This document shows, in pieces, positions 24,586 through 36,388 of a stretch of 64,000 bases of DNA (its first letter is position 1; every line of letters begins with the position of its first letter). The DNA is from Marsupella aquatica (lineage: Eukaryota; Plantae; Marchantiophyta), in the NCBI GenBank assembly GCA_973895155.1, contig OZ316893.1, positions 19,720,857 to 19,784,856 on the forward strand, written 5' to 3'. The notes under the pieces were generated by a model, which worked only from the letters and a program-made list of their open reading frames with translations, searched no databases and was not told where the DNA came from. A program made the translations under genes and the position numbers.

Positions 24586-27504
24586 AAAGGGAAGCCAAAT
24601 TAAGCTTGAGATGCAAATTCTTTGTTCAAAGAGCAATAAATTCCAGTTATGGATGAGGCAATTTTCACTTGAAAGAAATTGAAGATATCGAATTGTCGCA
24701 GTTAATTCAAGAAACTCGACCTCTGGATTGTGTTAAGGGCTGATTAATGGTGGATGGCTGATGCTTAAACATAGCTGACCAACTCTTGGACGTGTTCAAT
24801 TTTGCTTTTCCATAGACCTGTTTAATAAGGCTGCCTTCAGTGTATTTTTTGGATATTTTGGGGGTTAGGGTTTTTTTTCTGACTTGGTACTCGTTGAGGT
24901 GGGTGGGTGGGTGTCGCACCGTGCGGGGGGGAGTGGGTTATACATTTCTCCTATGAGAATGCCTAGGATTTGGAAGTTGCAATACGTACGTGGTGAAAAG
25001 TTAGGTAGCAATTGGGAATGAAAATGTGCGTTGATAATTAAGATGCATCTAGATAATTGTCTGGAATGCAATAATGTCTACTTCGTGCGCGTAGCGTTCC
25101 TGTTGCTTATTTGTTTTTGCTTGTCATGGCAAGCAAGAGCAGTTATACAGGAAGCTTTCTAGTTACTTATGTTTGAGGCAATGAACGCTATCCACTTGGC
25201 CATGATGTGTCGACCTTTGGTAATGTACGGTAGGTCTGGCTACCATGCATTCTCACCTTGCAGACTCTCATCACACTTCAAAGTTTTTGGTTTGTTTCCA
25301 GTCTATGTTATGTTGGCGTCGACAGTTTATTTTAATCGAATGCTCGGTGTTAACAAACCAAATTGCAGGGTTGAGTATTTCTCGATTCCATTTTGTCAGT
25401 TTGCGTCTGGTTGTTTCAATGTTAAATTTCAAATTACGGCGTTGCTTTCACTGAAGTACTAGGACAACTCGTAGGTAACAGCATTATCATATGACTCTGC
25501 CCGATAACGTACCCACAATGCTGTGCATTCCAAGCGTTCATTCGTCGGTGACATGGGACTTTGCTCACATGTCATGGTTCTGATCCTGGAGGGTGTATGT
25601 TGGGGTGTTCCGCACAATGCCCGTTGGCCAGAAGAGATGATGGTGTGATCCGAATGTCACGTATACCAAGTTTCATGCAATCTCCTGATCCCTGGGATCA
25701 GAAGTGTTGTCACTCTAACCAGTCCATTTTCTTGTGTCTTGATTACAGGAATGATCAGTCGTTCGTCATCAGTGGCAGAAAATGTAGTTGTTTACACTGG
25801 GAAGATCAGAAATGCAATATTCTTACCTTGACCACTCTCGCCTTCTCAAACGAAAGCACTATTTTCAGTCGGATTTCTGCCAAAGTTAATCCTAGTGGAA
25901 GAGTTCACCCATGGTTAGTGGAGGAGCTATTCGCTCTCGCAGATTTTACTTGGGGAGTAGCTGTGCATGCTATAACGTCTCAGGCAGCCCAACTGTAGGG
26001 TGTTGGTGAGAGACTGTCTTTTACCTGCACTTGCAGAATTTCCCTAGTTGTGGGGGTCCAAGTTCGTTTCATGAATTAATCCATTCTCATGACACATGGT
26101 GCCTCTTCCAGACTCCACGGACTAGTTCGAAGCAGCTACTTTTGACGCAACCCCTTGGATCCGACCTGTTGGATGGACTGGTTAGAGTGTCAATCCAAAC
26201 TTATTAAAAGAAGTGTGTTATGCACCCCTTTAGATGCAACCCTCTGGATACACGATTTCATTCGTGTGTCTATTGAGGACTGATGTCGTGGTTGTATAAA
26301 TTTGCTGCTGCCAGTTGCTGAAACCTACTCTTGGATGTGTCAAACTGTGTAAGGTAAAGCATTGTCTAGAGTCCTTTAGTAAGCTTAAAGCATATATATA
26401 TATTTAAAGCACTGTCTAGAGGGCCTTAGTAAAATTGAAGCATGGGGTGATCCGTCTCACAAAGGACAAAATCAAAAAGCAGATTTGTGGACTGGATATT
26501 ATGGCATATGCAGCTTCTAATAACTATAATTTGCAAACGTGCCGAGAGAGCGTGATTCAACTTTAGCCAGAGGATTTCAAAGATGGTTGTTCAGTCCCCA
26601 GATCATATAAATGGGGTTACAAATGGGAGCAGGTGACACCGACAGGCATCCACCTTTGCTCAGCAAGGTCTGTATGGAAATACGAGAAGGTGGAGGGAGG
26701 AGGATGAGTACGCAGGCACAGGTACACCGTGTAGGAGTGAGCCATAATTGACTGGAATCGGTGAAATTTGGAGAGGAAGTTGGCATTTTGATTGGAATGA
26801 GATCAAGGCCATTGAATGGCATGGATTGAGTTTCCTTGGCCAATGAGGAAACTGAAGCATTGTAGTGGATGCTGTTTTTGTGAGTGGGGATGGGAGCCAG
26901 GGTGGGGCATTAATAGAGGGCATAGTCGTGGTAAATGGCAGTTGAATATTTGATGGCTTAGTGACCTCCCATGATCTGTGGACCAGGTGCCATGGAGTCG
27001 ATGTGACACTGGAGGAAAATGGGTGCCCAAGGCAGCAGATTTGTAATAGTGACCTTGAAGCAAAGAGTGGTGACTGGGCTAGTGGGAAATCAAGCACTAC
27101 TACATGTGATCCTGCTCAAAGCATGGAATCCTCACCGGATGACCTGCTTTTGAAATCATCCAATTCACCAAAACCCACCCACTAACAGGTCCTAGCATGC
27201 CCCTGGCCACCTTGCTTATCGCACCTGGAGAACCTGTGCCCATCCTTCCCTAGTCTGCCCCCACACACAAGGCCTACCCGCTCCCACCACCCCACTCAGA
27301 TGGGGAGGGGAAAATGGGAAAAAAATCTCCCTTGAAAACGTTGCAAGACCATGCTTGGACCCCATGCGGCTAAAGTTGTTGCGCATCCTCCCCGATAACA
27401 TCAATTTTGCAGCAATGTTGACCAAATTGACAAACAATCCTGTGACAATAATCACTCAACTGAAACAACTACACTTTTTTGCAGCCACAACAGGAGTTCA
27501 TACA

Positions 27505-28200
27505 TGTTTTTCTTTTTCTTTTTCTTTTTCCATTTTTTTGGGGGGGAGGAAGGGGCGCAGAGACCCATCCATACCTCGCAAGGGGACAAAAGCCACCCAG
27601 GTAAACAAACACAAATGGCCCCCAGCGCCCAAGCCGAAACACCACAACACAAACCCAAACCTAATCAGGAAGCACCACCCAACGGGAACCAGAAATGCCC
27701 TTGGAAAATGCCAAATATGTTTCAGGATTGCACTTATTGTGAACGAGATACTTTGTTCTAGACAACCAACGAAGACAGCCAAGATAGCCGAGGTAGCATT
27801 TTCTAATTGAAGGAGACTGCTCTCAACAACAGGGTTAACAACCTCCAAATGTTTCCTTTGAGGTCATGGGTTGATTGATAATGGTGTTTGCCTAGTGATA
27901 TCTCTCCACTTGTCTGGTTTAATGTCTCATTACGCATTATACTGTTTCTGTGCACATTGGAGTGCTATGGAGTGCTACAAGCAGGAGGGGAATCTTGTCA
28001 GGGTCAATGTGGGCCAAACAAACTTCAACATTTGAAAGTATGATCAAAGACATACAGTCTGAGATAAGAGCTATATGATCTCCCATGTATCTCCCCGCAT
28101 ACAAATGTTGACATACTGTCACCCTATACCTCATTATGGCCACAATATGACCTTAATCTTAAAGATTTCACTAAATACTCTTGGATACTATTGGAGTTCA
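27505..28200 (-). mobile_element. 5'-truncated LINE-like 3' fragment with (GAAAAA)n tail
   Basis: (TTTTTC)n at 27507-27530 on + is an A-rich tail on -. Adjacent UTR motifs are shared with window positions 1-276, and decayed coding-like sequence lies upstream. Confidence 0.45.
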
Positions 28201-28256
28201 AAGGTTTGGATGAAGGTCCCTCCCAAAATTACGGCTCCCAGCGATATGAGTCACCG

Positions 28257-28365
28257 AGCCCAAGAATGACCGGTCGAGCCGGTTCACAACTCGAACGCGT
28301 GTTTCTCCGCTGCGGGAGGTGACTGGACAAACCGGTCTCCTCGAGGTGAGCATCGTTTAGGGTTT
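28257..28365 (+). promoter_or_regulatory. Site II (AGCCCA = TGGGCT) plus telo-box (TAGGGTTT) module of the RPL30 promoter
   Basis: AGCCCA at 28257-28262 and TAGGGTTT at 28358-28365, 150-260 bp upstream of the RPL30 ATG. This pairing is the established signature of plant ribosomal-protein promoters. Confidence 0.7.
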
Positions 28366-28518
28366 TGAGTCGAATAGCAAGTCAGTGTCTGTTTATCAGA
28401 TCGCTGCCAAACCTCGAAGAAACCCCTTTGCTTTGTTGATTCTGAAGGAGTGTCTCGTGTTACGCGGCTCCCGTCTGCACCTCGACGATCGCGGACCTTC
28501 ACCCCTCAACTCGTCAAG

Positions 28519-29860
28519 ATGGTGGCCGCCAAGAAGACCGTAAGTGATCCTCCTTTTTCTCGTTGCTTCTCGCTGTTTCTCGGTTTACCTTCGTGCGATC
28601 ATTCCATTTTGTTCGTGAACATTGGAGAATTGGTAGATGTGGCGGCAGTAGTGGCGCTTGCTGTTCGCTGGACTGTTGAGGTATATGGTGGCCGACTCGA
28701 CGTAATGGGTTGTGATCGTTTGAGGCATGTTTTATGGATTGAGGCGATGTTGTGGTTATTGGGTTACTCGATGCTTCGTGTGTGTTGGAGTGAGGACGCG
28801 TAAGATGACGTTGTGACCTGGATTTTCCTCCTCTTTCTTCAGAAAAAGGCACAGGAGAGCATCAACAACAGGTTAGCTCTCGTGATGAAGAGTGGCAAGT
28901 TCACTCTTGGTTACAAGACGACCCTCAAGTCACTCCGAAGTGGAAAGGGTGAGTTGTTTTTCGTCCTATTCTCGAGCTAGCGTGCTCTATGTCGCTTTCA
29001 TATGTTTAGAATCGTATGGTAAACGGTCGGGCTAATTGTCTAAAGCTCTTAGCCATGGAGGGGTTTTGTTTCTCCTAGTTCGAAAGAGTAGAACTTTGTT
29101 CGAATCATTTGAGTGTCGTGCCTTGCTCATGGCTCGTTTCCGATTATGCAGGGAAACTTGTTATCATCGCTAACAACTGCCCCCCTTTAAGGAAGTCGGA
29201 GATTGAGTATTACGCCATGCTCTCCAAGACTGGTGTCCACCATTACAGTGGAAGTGAGTGTTGGTTGGGCAGCAATTCATAGTAGCGGACGTTTCATCCT
29301 TACATTTCTTACACTAAACAGATGTAGAGTCTAGAAATTTCTACTCTCTTGAATTTCGATCCTTCCGTTCTTTTCCTTTCGATCAAGAAGCCTGTGCTTG
29401 TACTCAAGCATCCAAGGCTGGTCGGCTGTTAGTCTATTGATGAATCTATTGGGTTGACCTTGCCTGACAGACAACGTTGATCTCGGGACCGCTTGCGGAA
29501 AGTACTACAGAGTTTGCAGTCTCAGCATCACCGATCCTGGTAAGAGCTCCACCTGTGATCTGCATTTGAAAGTATATCAGTAACAGTCATTAGGTCCGTG
29601 TTCTACTGGGACATGTTGCTGGTCACCGCTACCTGTGCGATCCCTTCACACGGGGCGATTTTCCTGTGACGGCTAAGAGGGAAGATCACTTCGGTTGATT
29701 TTGATCGTGCTGATAAATCAAGCCGATCTTCTGTTCTTTTTTGTGCCAAATTGTGATTTATCTGAAGTCGTTCCGAGATTCTGATTCGTTATCTTTTCTT
29801 GATTGCGTGGTTGCAGGTGATTCTGACATCATCCGATCGTTGCCTGGAGAGGCATCCTAG
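28519..29860 (+). CDS. RPL30: 60S ribosomal protein eL30 (L30e), 113 aa, 5 exons
   Basis: Exons 28519-28539, 28843-28948, 29152-29253, 29471-29539 and 29817-29860 join in frame at GT-AG sites to give [113 protein letters not shown]. Confidence 0.99.
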
Positions 29861-30369
29861 ATGTCGGTGTAGTCAGGAGATGCAGAGCATCCCCTACGAC
29901 TGTCACCTCGATCATCAAAATTTTTGGATTCGTTCCGATATGCTCTGCCCTTCTGGACATAGTTGTCATGAGATCGGTGGGTGTGGCCTCAAGTGTCTAG
30001 ATATCTCTGGAGATAAAGGTCAATTGGTACTTCATTTATACGAATTATCGTGTCATTAGACGCCTTGTTGAGATCAGAGACCTTGACCTGCGCCAACCAG
30101 GTCCGGCACCCTAAATTAACTTGAACGCTGTTCTTGAACTGCCGATCTAGATACTTAGTGATGGGTAACGTTGTTGCTCCTGTGCTTACCTAAGTTTTGT
30201 TCGTTGAGGGATCGAGTACAGATATTGCCGCTCCACCATATTTGGTGTCTGATTCTGCGTCAAATTGAATCACGTTTCTTTCGCACTAAACCCCTTAAAA
30301 TTTGCACAGTTTGATAAATGAGCAATTTTCATCCCTTTGTTAAATGTGGACACAAAAAGTAGACAGGCA

Positions 30370-31090
30370 CATTGTAGATGTCATAATGTGTACCCAGATC
30401 ACACAGAATACTTACTACAAAATAATGTCCAACATGCTGTGGCCTGATTTGTGAACCAAGGAAGTGGACTCAACACTGCAATGCTATGACATTATGGACT
30501 GAGGTGGCCCCCTTCATATACATCAAATGAAGAAAGCTCACCCTTCTCGAATCAGCCAGTTGCTTTTTGAGTAAACAACCCACCGTAATTGGCCACTGAA
30601 AGCTATAAAACCTACCTGCATCCATGGGCTGCAAATGTGAGGTGTTAGAGACTTTCGCTATCTCCAGCTTGTTGGTAACTCGCGCCAAGAAGTGTCCACA
30701 TATGCATTCTCCAACAACAATACCACATTCTTTTGGCCAAGAGGTTTCAACCGACTCACCCAATTGTGGAAAACATCACCCTCCATCCAAGCTTTTGTCT
30801 CGTTGTACCACTCGGTACCCATGTTGTTGGGCAGCTTGATCTCGTGCTGGGAGAAAGGTCAGGGAAACTTACTGCTGCCATCCATGTTTGCACACAATGC
30901 AATTTTGATCTGAGTCTTGGCCTTCTTTTGAATGCCATTTGACTGCTCATTCCTGCAAGGATTTGTCTGCCTGCAATTAAATGAATAGCCCTGTTTCATC
31001 CGTGCCAAGAACATCATAGTGTTTGTATACTTGCAACGTAGGTAGCCTTGAGAGCTGCGACTTGATCCCAAGTATCATTATTTACTTCCC
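30370..31090 (-). mobile_element. pogo/Tigger-like (DDE_1, Tc1-mariner superfamily) transposase pseudogene
   Basis: Minus-strand frameshifted motifs appear in the expected order: TDETGLF (~31000), KTQIKIALCANMDGSSKFP (~30900), KAWMEGDVFHNW (~30790), NTSHLQPMDAG (~30620). Boundaries are approximate and no TIRs were found. Confidence 0.8.
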
Positions 31091-32004
31091 CCAAAACTAC
31101 CAAAACTGAAATTTCTTGAACCAAAAAATAATGACAACACTTGGTGACATAGACAGTGCGCAAAATGAATTGTTTTCAAGGTGGGCAGGGCATGCCAAAA
31201 GGGAGGCAAGGGCAAAGGAGGAGAGGCCAAATGGAGGTGAGGGAGAAGGGGGGGAGGATGTAAGGGAAAATAGAAACAAAAGGTTACATGGGAGCAGGGA
31301 CACAGAGGGTTGTGGAAGGGTCAAGGGCTGTGGAGGGAGGGGCATGCAAGGGAGATGTAGGGTGGGCGAGGGAGGCGCATGTGTTTTGGGTGGATCCAAT
31401 GGTGCTGAAAAATCACTGTGTCATCAGAAGACCACGATTCATTCTGACCCAAATTGGTTCTTGTAAACAGACTGCTATTCAAAGGTGACAAGGTGATTGT
31501 ATATTATAATGTTTAGATACAAAATGTGAAGTTTAATGTGCTTGTGTTGCACAAAATCCTAGTTGTTATCAACTAAAGGAAGATAGCAAGTGGCTGCAAA
31601 GAGTGATAACAAAAGTTAGGTGAACAACAAGCAGAATGGAAAGAGAGTACAAAACCTCACAGAAGGAGAGAGAAAATGCAAGAATGGGAGGACAAAAATA
31701 ATTCACCTAGGGAAGAATGTGAATCCAAGATGGAGGGTCAAAGATATATATTCCTCAGACAAAAGGCATAAAACTTATGCATCCCAAGCACTGCCCAAGA
31801 CCTCATGAAAAACACGAACCTTCATGATTGCCAAAAGGCCCAGATATTTTTTTGCAACTCAGCTGGACTACCGAGAAACCTCTTTCTGCTCATATAGCAT
31901 AGATGCCACATATGAGCAAAACGTGGCAAGAAAACTAGACATTTATCTTTGAAAATTTGTAGTTCTATCAATTCTCAATGAAATTTGACTAAGTAACTTA
32001 GGCT

Positions 32005-32300
32005 TATTGGAAATTTCTTCCAAACCATTTCTAACAAAGTCAAGAAACTATCCACTAACTCTTGAGGGAGGTACTGAATGTCAAAGATAGCTGCTAAAAA
32101 AGTTTGGGGGAAGTGCCTTGTGTGGACATTGAGTGATGGAGTGATCTTTTAAAATTCATATATCTCTCATTCTTCATTGAAAACTAGAGACATTAGACTG
32201 GTTGGAAAGATCTTTCCAAGTTTCTTATAACAAGACCAAGAAAAGGCAATTTGGCTGAATAAATAGGGAGACACTTAAGGTCAAACTTTGCTCTTGAAAA
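32005..32300. repeat. Old dispersed repeat, copy 2 (related to 5555-5870)
   Basis: Same colinear motifs as 5555-5870, same orientation. Confidence 0.6.
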
Positions 32301-33701
32301 TATGTTGGAGACAAGAAATAAGAGTGTCCATGAATGAATGTGTTAAAAGTGTCTGGATTGCATGGTGACATGGTGTCCATGGGAGCATCACTTTAGGAAT
32401 ATAAGCTACTCCACTTTCCAAGGAAAGGAAAAAGAATAAAAAATGATGTAAGGTCCCCTCCCTCCAAAAGAGCACACTCCTGACCAAATCTGTACCAATT
32501 GAGTACAAGGTAAAGCATAATAATTTACTTGCATACTGCAACGTAGTGGCTCACACTTGTAATGACTATTTGAATCAGCGCAAATAATGCAAAATCAAAC
32601 CAAGAAATTTCTCCTTTTAAATTTAAATATCCTGTCCGTGAGCCAAGAGGGATGCATTCAATAGGTTTGGAAGGAAATCATGAAACCTTTTTACCGTGCT
32701 AAATCTACATCAGCCCTACTGTTGCGCCACTAACCCGGGCCTTAAATCCGGGTTAACTAGTTGGCGCGCGCACGACCTCCAGTAAGGGTGAGGTTTCGGG
32801 CAAGGACGGGTGTAGTGGTCTTAATTAGTCTAAGTCGGGCTATATATAGGTACCGGTATAATATTACACAACCAACACAGACATCATAGGTATATTTGGT
32901 TTCCACCGCTGGAAGGATCCCATAGTAAGTGACTCGGACTAACTCCCGGCTTGGGGACTTTCAAGCTATCGTCGCGACCAGAACTTGCAGCATACGCTTC
33001 TTGACAATCCCAACCATTAGTCCGCACCCGGAACATCCCTTGAAATGGCGCCTTTGTCAAGGCAACCATACATGCAACACAAACTACTCACAAAAGATTG
33101 AGGGAAGGACAAGGTTTACTCAGATAAAAAGAACCATTTTACACAGTTGACTCGACTTCTAAGTGATCGGCAAGCCTAACGGCAGTCGATGCCCAGTCTC
33201 TATGAGACCCTGTCTCGCACTTGCCCAGCAAGATTGACTCTGGCTCTCACTCCTTAGTGCTCTCCGATCCTACTCAGATCGGGACTCCCCGTGCGCCATG
33301 CTTTTCCTAACTGAATAAGTCACCAGCCTCCCCCCCTCACTAGCGGAAGGGGGAGCCTAAATACTACTTGCCGGTGGGCGGGGGAGATGCTACCTCCCTC
33401 GGCCAAGGCCTACTTGACTAACTACTTACTGACGTGGTTGACCGCCTGCCCACTGTCCTGTTGACTGTTAGTGGTAAAGGGCGCTGACCGCGGCGCTAAT
33501 ATCTAAGTCCTATTGTCAATCGTCTTAGTCCGTTGATTGTCGCCTATCCTACGCTGGATGATCCTAACTAACTTTGTCCTAATCTTGCCTATTGCATTGC
33601 TAATTCTGTCACTACGGTTAACTCAAAAAGATGCCTTGGCCCGCCGGTTGCACTGCGCTGCCGCCTGACCGCTCCCCACCGCTAACCACCCCTTGCACGC
33701 G

Positions 33702-36388
33702 TTACATTGCTGGTCCAGGGTTTGCCCTCTTGTCAGGCTGGGGCCTCGAGCCGCCCTGATCAGAGGCGTTTCCCGCCCTGCCCCATTGGCTTACCAGCAG
33801 CGTGATCCGCTCCTGCAAGCCCTTGTTATCCCGCGCTGCTTCTTCTGCTTCATTGGAGACTTCGTCAACCTCCGTCTGGAGTGGCGCCGCCTCCAAGTTG
33901 AGCTGGCCGATTGTTTCAAGGTTGGCCTGGTTTTGGGCCAACCGCTTATCCCGGTTGGCGGTGATAACGTTGACTTGCTGGGCAGCCTGAACAAACTGGT
34001 TGTTCAGGTTGGTCAGGCTATTAACCCAAGCTGAGGACTCCGCTTGAAGCTGAAGCACGGTGGCTTTGAGTCCCGTAACGTCAGCCTGAGCCTTAAGCAG
34101 CTCCTGGTTTCGTCCATCCTGTTGTTTGGTGACACAGACTAACTCCTCCTCGCAAGCGGTGGTTGCCTCCCCAGTTGCTCCACAGTCATCTGGAGATCCC
34201 CGATCTCATTCCTCTTGGCCATAAGTTCATCCTCCAAGCGGGTTACAATCCGCAGTTGGTGATCTAACATGAAGAAGGTTGGTTGGAAGTAATGTGCGAC
34301 CTGTTGCCCGATGTACGTTGCTAGTTCTCCTGATAGGTCTTGGCTAAACTTTTGGACCAGATCGTGGGCCAAAGTCCCCGGAACTACTTGGTAATCCTCT
34401 ATTCTCTCGGGTAAGGGTACGTCCACGGTCGGGGCGACGACCTCCTCTGTAGTCCGCATTGGGAAAGGAATGGATTCCTCAGGCGGTGGTGGAATCGGGG
34501 GTGGTTGCATTGGGGGTAGAGGGGGTTTGACGGCAGGGGATGGCGGGGGCGGCCCATTATTCATAATGGTGCCGAACAGAGTAGAGGGCAGAGGGGTAGT
34601 CCACGGAGCAGCAAGGTTGGGGTTTAGCTGAGCGGTGGTAGTTGGGGTGCCCAGCGTAGTACTTTCGGGGGTGGGGTGGCATCCGTTGGGGCCAAGATGG
34701 CCATATTATTCACTCTGGTCTCACGCCGCTATTTGTACCAGCCTAGGATGATTGCAATGTGACTTTCCAGGTAAGTCTTCCCCCCAATAGGCATGCCCGC
34801 CTGAGCTCTCCCAAAAACCGGCGGCTAAAGAATTGGGCCCAGTTCTGCCGCTTGTACTGCTCCACCTGCACAATCGTACAGAGGGATATCTCGGACCAAG
34901 GTTTGATCATGTGCAGGGTAGTCCGTATGAAATTTAGGCGATCCATACAGGTTAGGCTCGGGGGGTTGACTATCAAAAATCTTAGGAACCACGTGCGATC
35001 CAACATAGGCATTTTTCATAGAAATTAGCTAAATTTTTTTAAAGTGTAGGAAACCAAAGAAGGTATCATAGACCCATATTTATAGAATATTCTCTAATAT
35101 ATACCTTTTATAAAGTAAAATAGGTCATTAATATTGAAAATAGAGAATGCTTTTGGAATATTCCCATTATAAAATAGGTGTGTTTATATTAGGCTAGGAT
35201 TGCACGTGGTACCCCAAAATATACACTAAGTTAACCCCCCGAGAGGTTAGGTTGGTACACAAGCCCTGTTTGTACCCGTTATCCGTCTTGCCCTTTGGCT
35301 TGAAGTACTTGGGCGTGTACTCCTTATCCGGGATCCGAAGTTCAACCAATACCGGCCCTGTTGGCAGACAAAAGATCAAGGCCAATCAGTACTCCGTAAG
35401 TGACAAGGTCTGCCCCCCTACCTTGGTGGCAGGTGTGTCAATATCACAATTGGAGATGAACTCGTACACCTCCCTCGCCCCGGAGGTGGTGGGCCTCCAG
35501 TTCAGACGAGCGAATTGCTCCAACTGATGCTCCTTGAGATAGTCCGCGTGTGATGGGTTCTTGATAGCGGACGAGACTACCTCGGGGATGCGGATTACCT
35601 GTAGTAGGTTTGGCTGCCAGTAGTCGGGGGTCCTTCGGGACTGGGTGTTGGCTGGTGGGTTGGCCGGGCTGGAGCTGGTGCGGGGGCGGGGTTAGTCCGC
35701 GTAGTCGGATCTGGACCTGGCATTGTCCTAGCCCGCTTCTGTGAACGTTGCTCCAGCTGTGGACTAACTTGTCCCCCAGAGCCTGACAAACATTTGGTGT
35801 TGTCCATCGGACGGACCTGAGCCTGGCTCGAGGGTATGCGTTTGGCCGGGACTGTAGGCCGAGTGGCAGCAAGCACGAACGGAGTAGCCATATCCCAGTT
35901 GAAGGAGTTAGAGCTTTCTCTGAGGCATGTTAGATTGCGATCTGCTTCCCATTGCCTGTTGATGTCTTCTTCTCGCTTCTCGGCCGCAATCTGTTGGTCG
36001 ATATAACCAGGAATCTTATCAAACACTGCCTGAGTCAGCTTCCGGTCGCCCTTCAGCTTAAAGAATTCCGTGGGGACTACAAGGATTGCCTCAGCTACCG
36101 ATCTGAATCCTTCCTCATTGATGTACAGCTCGGTAATGTAGTCCCGCAAGTTGTTGTAGTTCGAATCCTTGGTAAGTGCTGCCTTGTCGCAGTTAATTTG
36201 CACTACCTTGATCACCAACTTTGTGTATCGTTGTTCGAAGGAGGCCTTCTCGGGGCAGGAGTACCAATAGGTCTATGAGAGCTTAGCGCCTACCTCGCCA
36301 AACAAGGTCCAGAATTCAAGAGCGATGACGTTCATACTAACCTTCACAGTCCGCTGGTCGAGTCCGCTTCCCTTGCTTCCTTACTCAT
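33702..36388 (-). pseudogene. Decayed accessory retrotransposon ORF: helical N-terminal region, Athila/Transposase_32-like domain, Pro-rich linker and coiled coil
   Basis: Successive minus-strand frames broken by stops and frameshifts: MNVIALEFWTLF...KLVIKVVQINCD (35595-36218); then EHQLEQFARLNW...VYEFISNC...KVGGQTLSLTEY*LALIFCLPTG...YFKPKGKTDNGYKQGLC; then NWAQFFSRRFLGEL...YLESHIAIILGWY; then PPPPSPAVKPPLPP (34139-34564) and a heptad-rich Q/N/E/A tail (33702-34058). The family assignment is by motif resemblance only. Confidence 0.6.
34957..35243. mobile_element. 287-bp MITE with 15-bp TIRs and 8-bp TSD (hAT-like)
   Basis: Left TIR CTCGGGGGGTTGACT and right TIR (reverse complement) CTCGGGGGGTTAACT match at 14/15. 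Subterminal inverted motif GGAACCACGTGCGATCC / GGATTGCACGTGGTACC. TSD AGGTTAGG at 34949-34956 and 35244-35251. AT-rich core. Excision restores the host frame LCTNLT|CMDRLNF. Confidence 0.93.
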
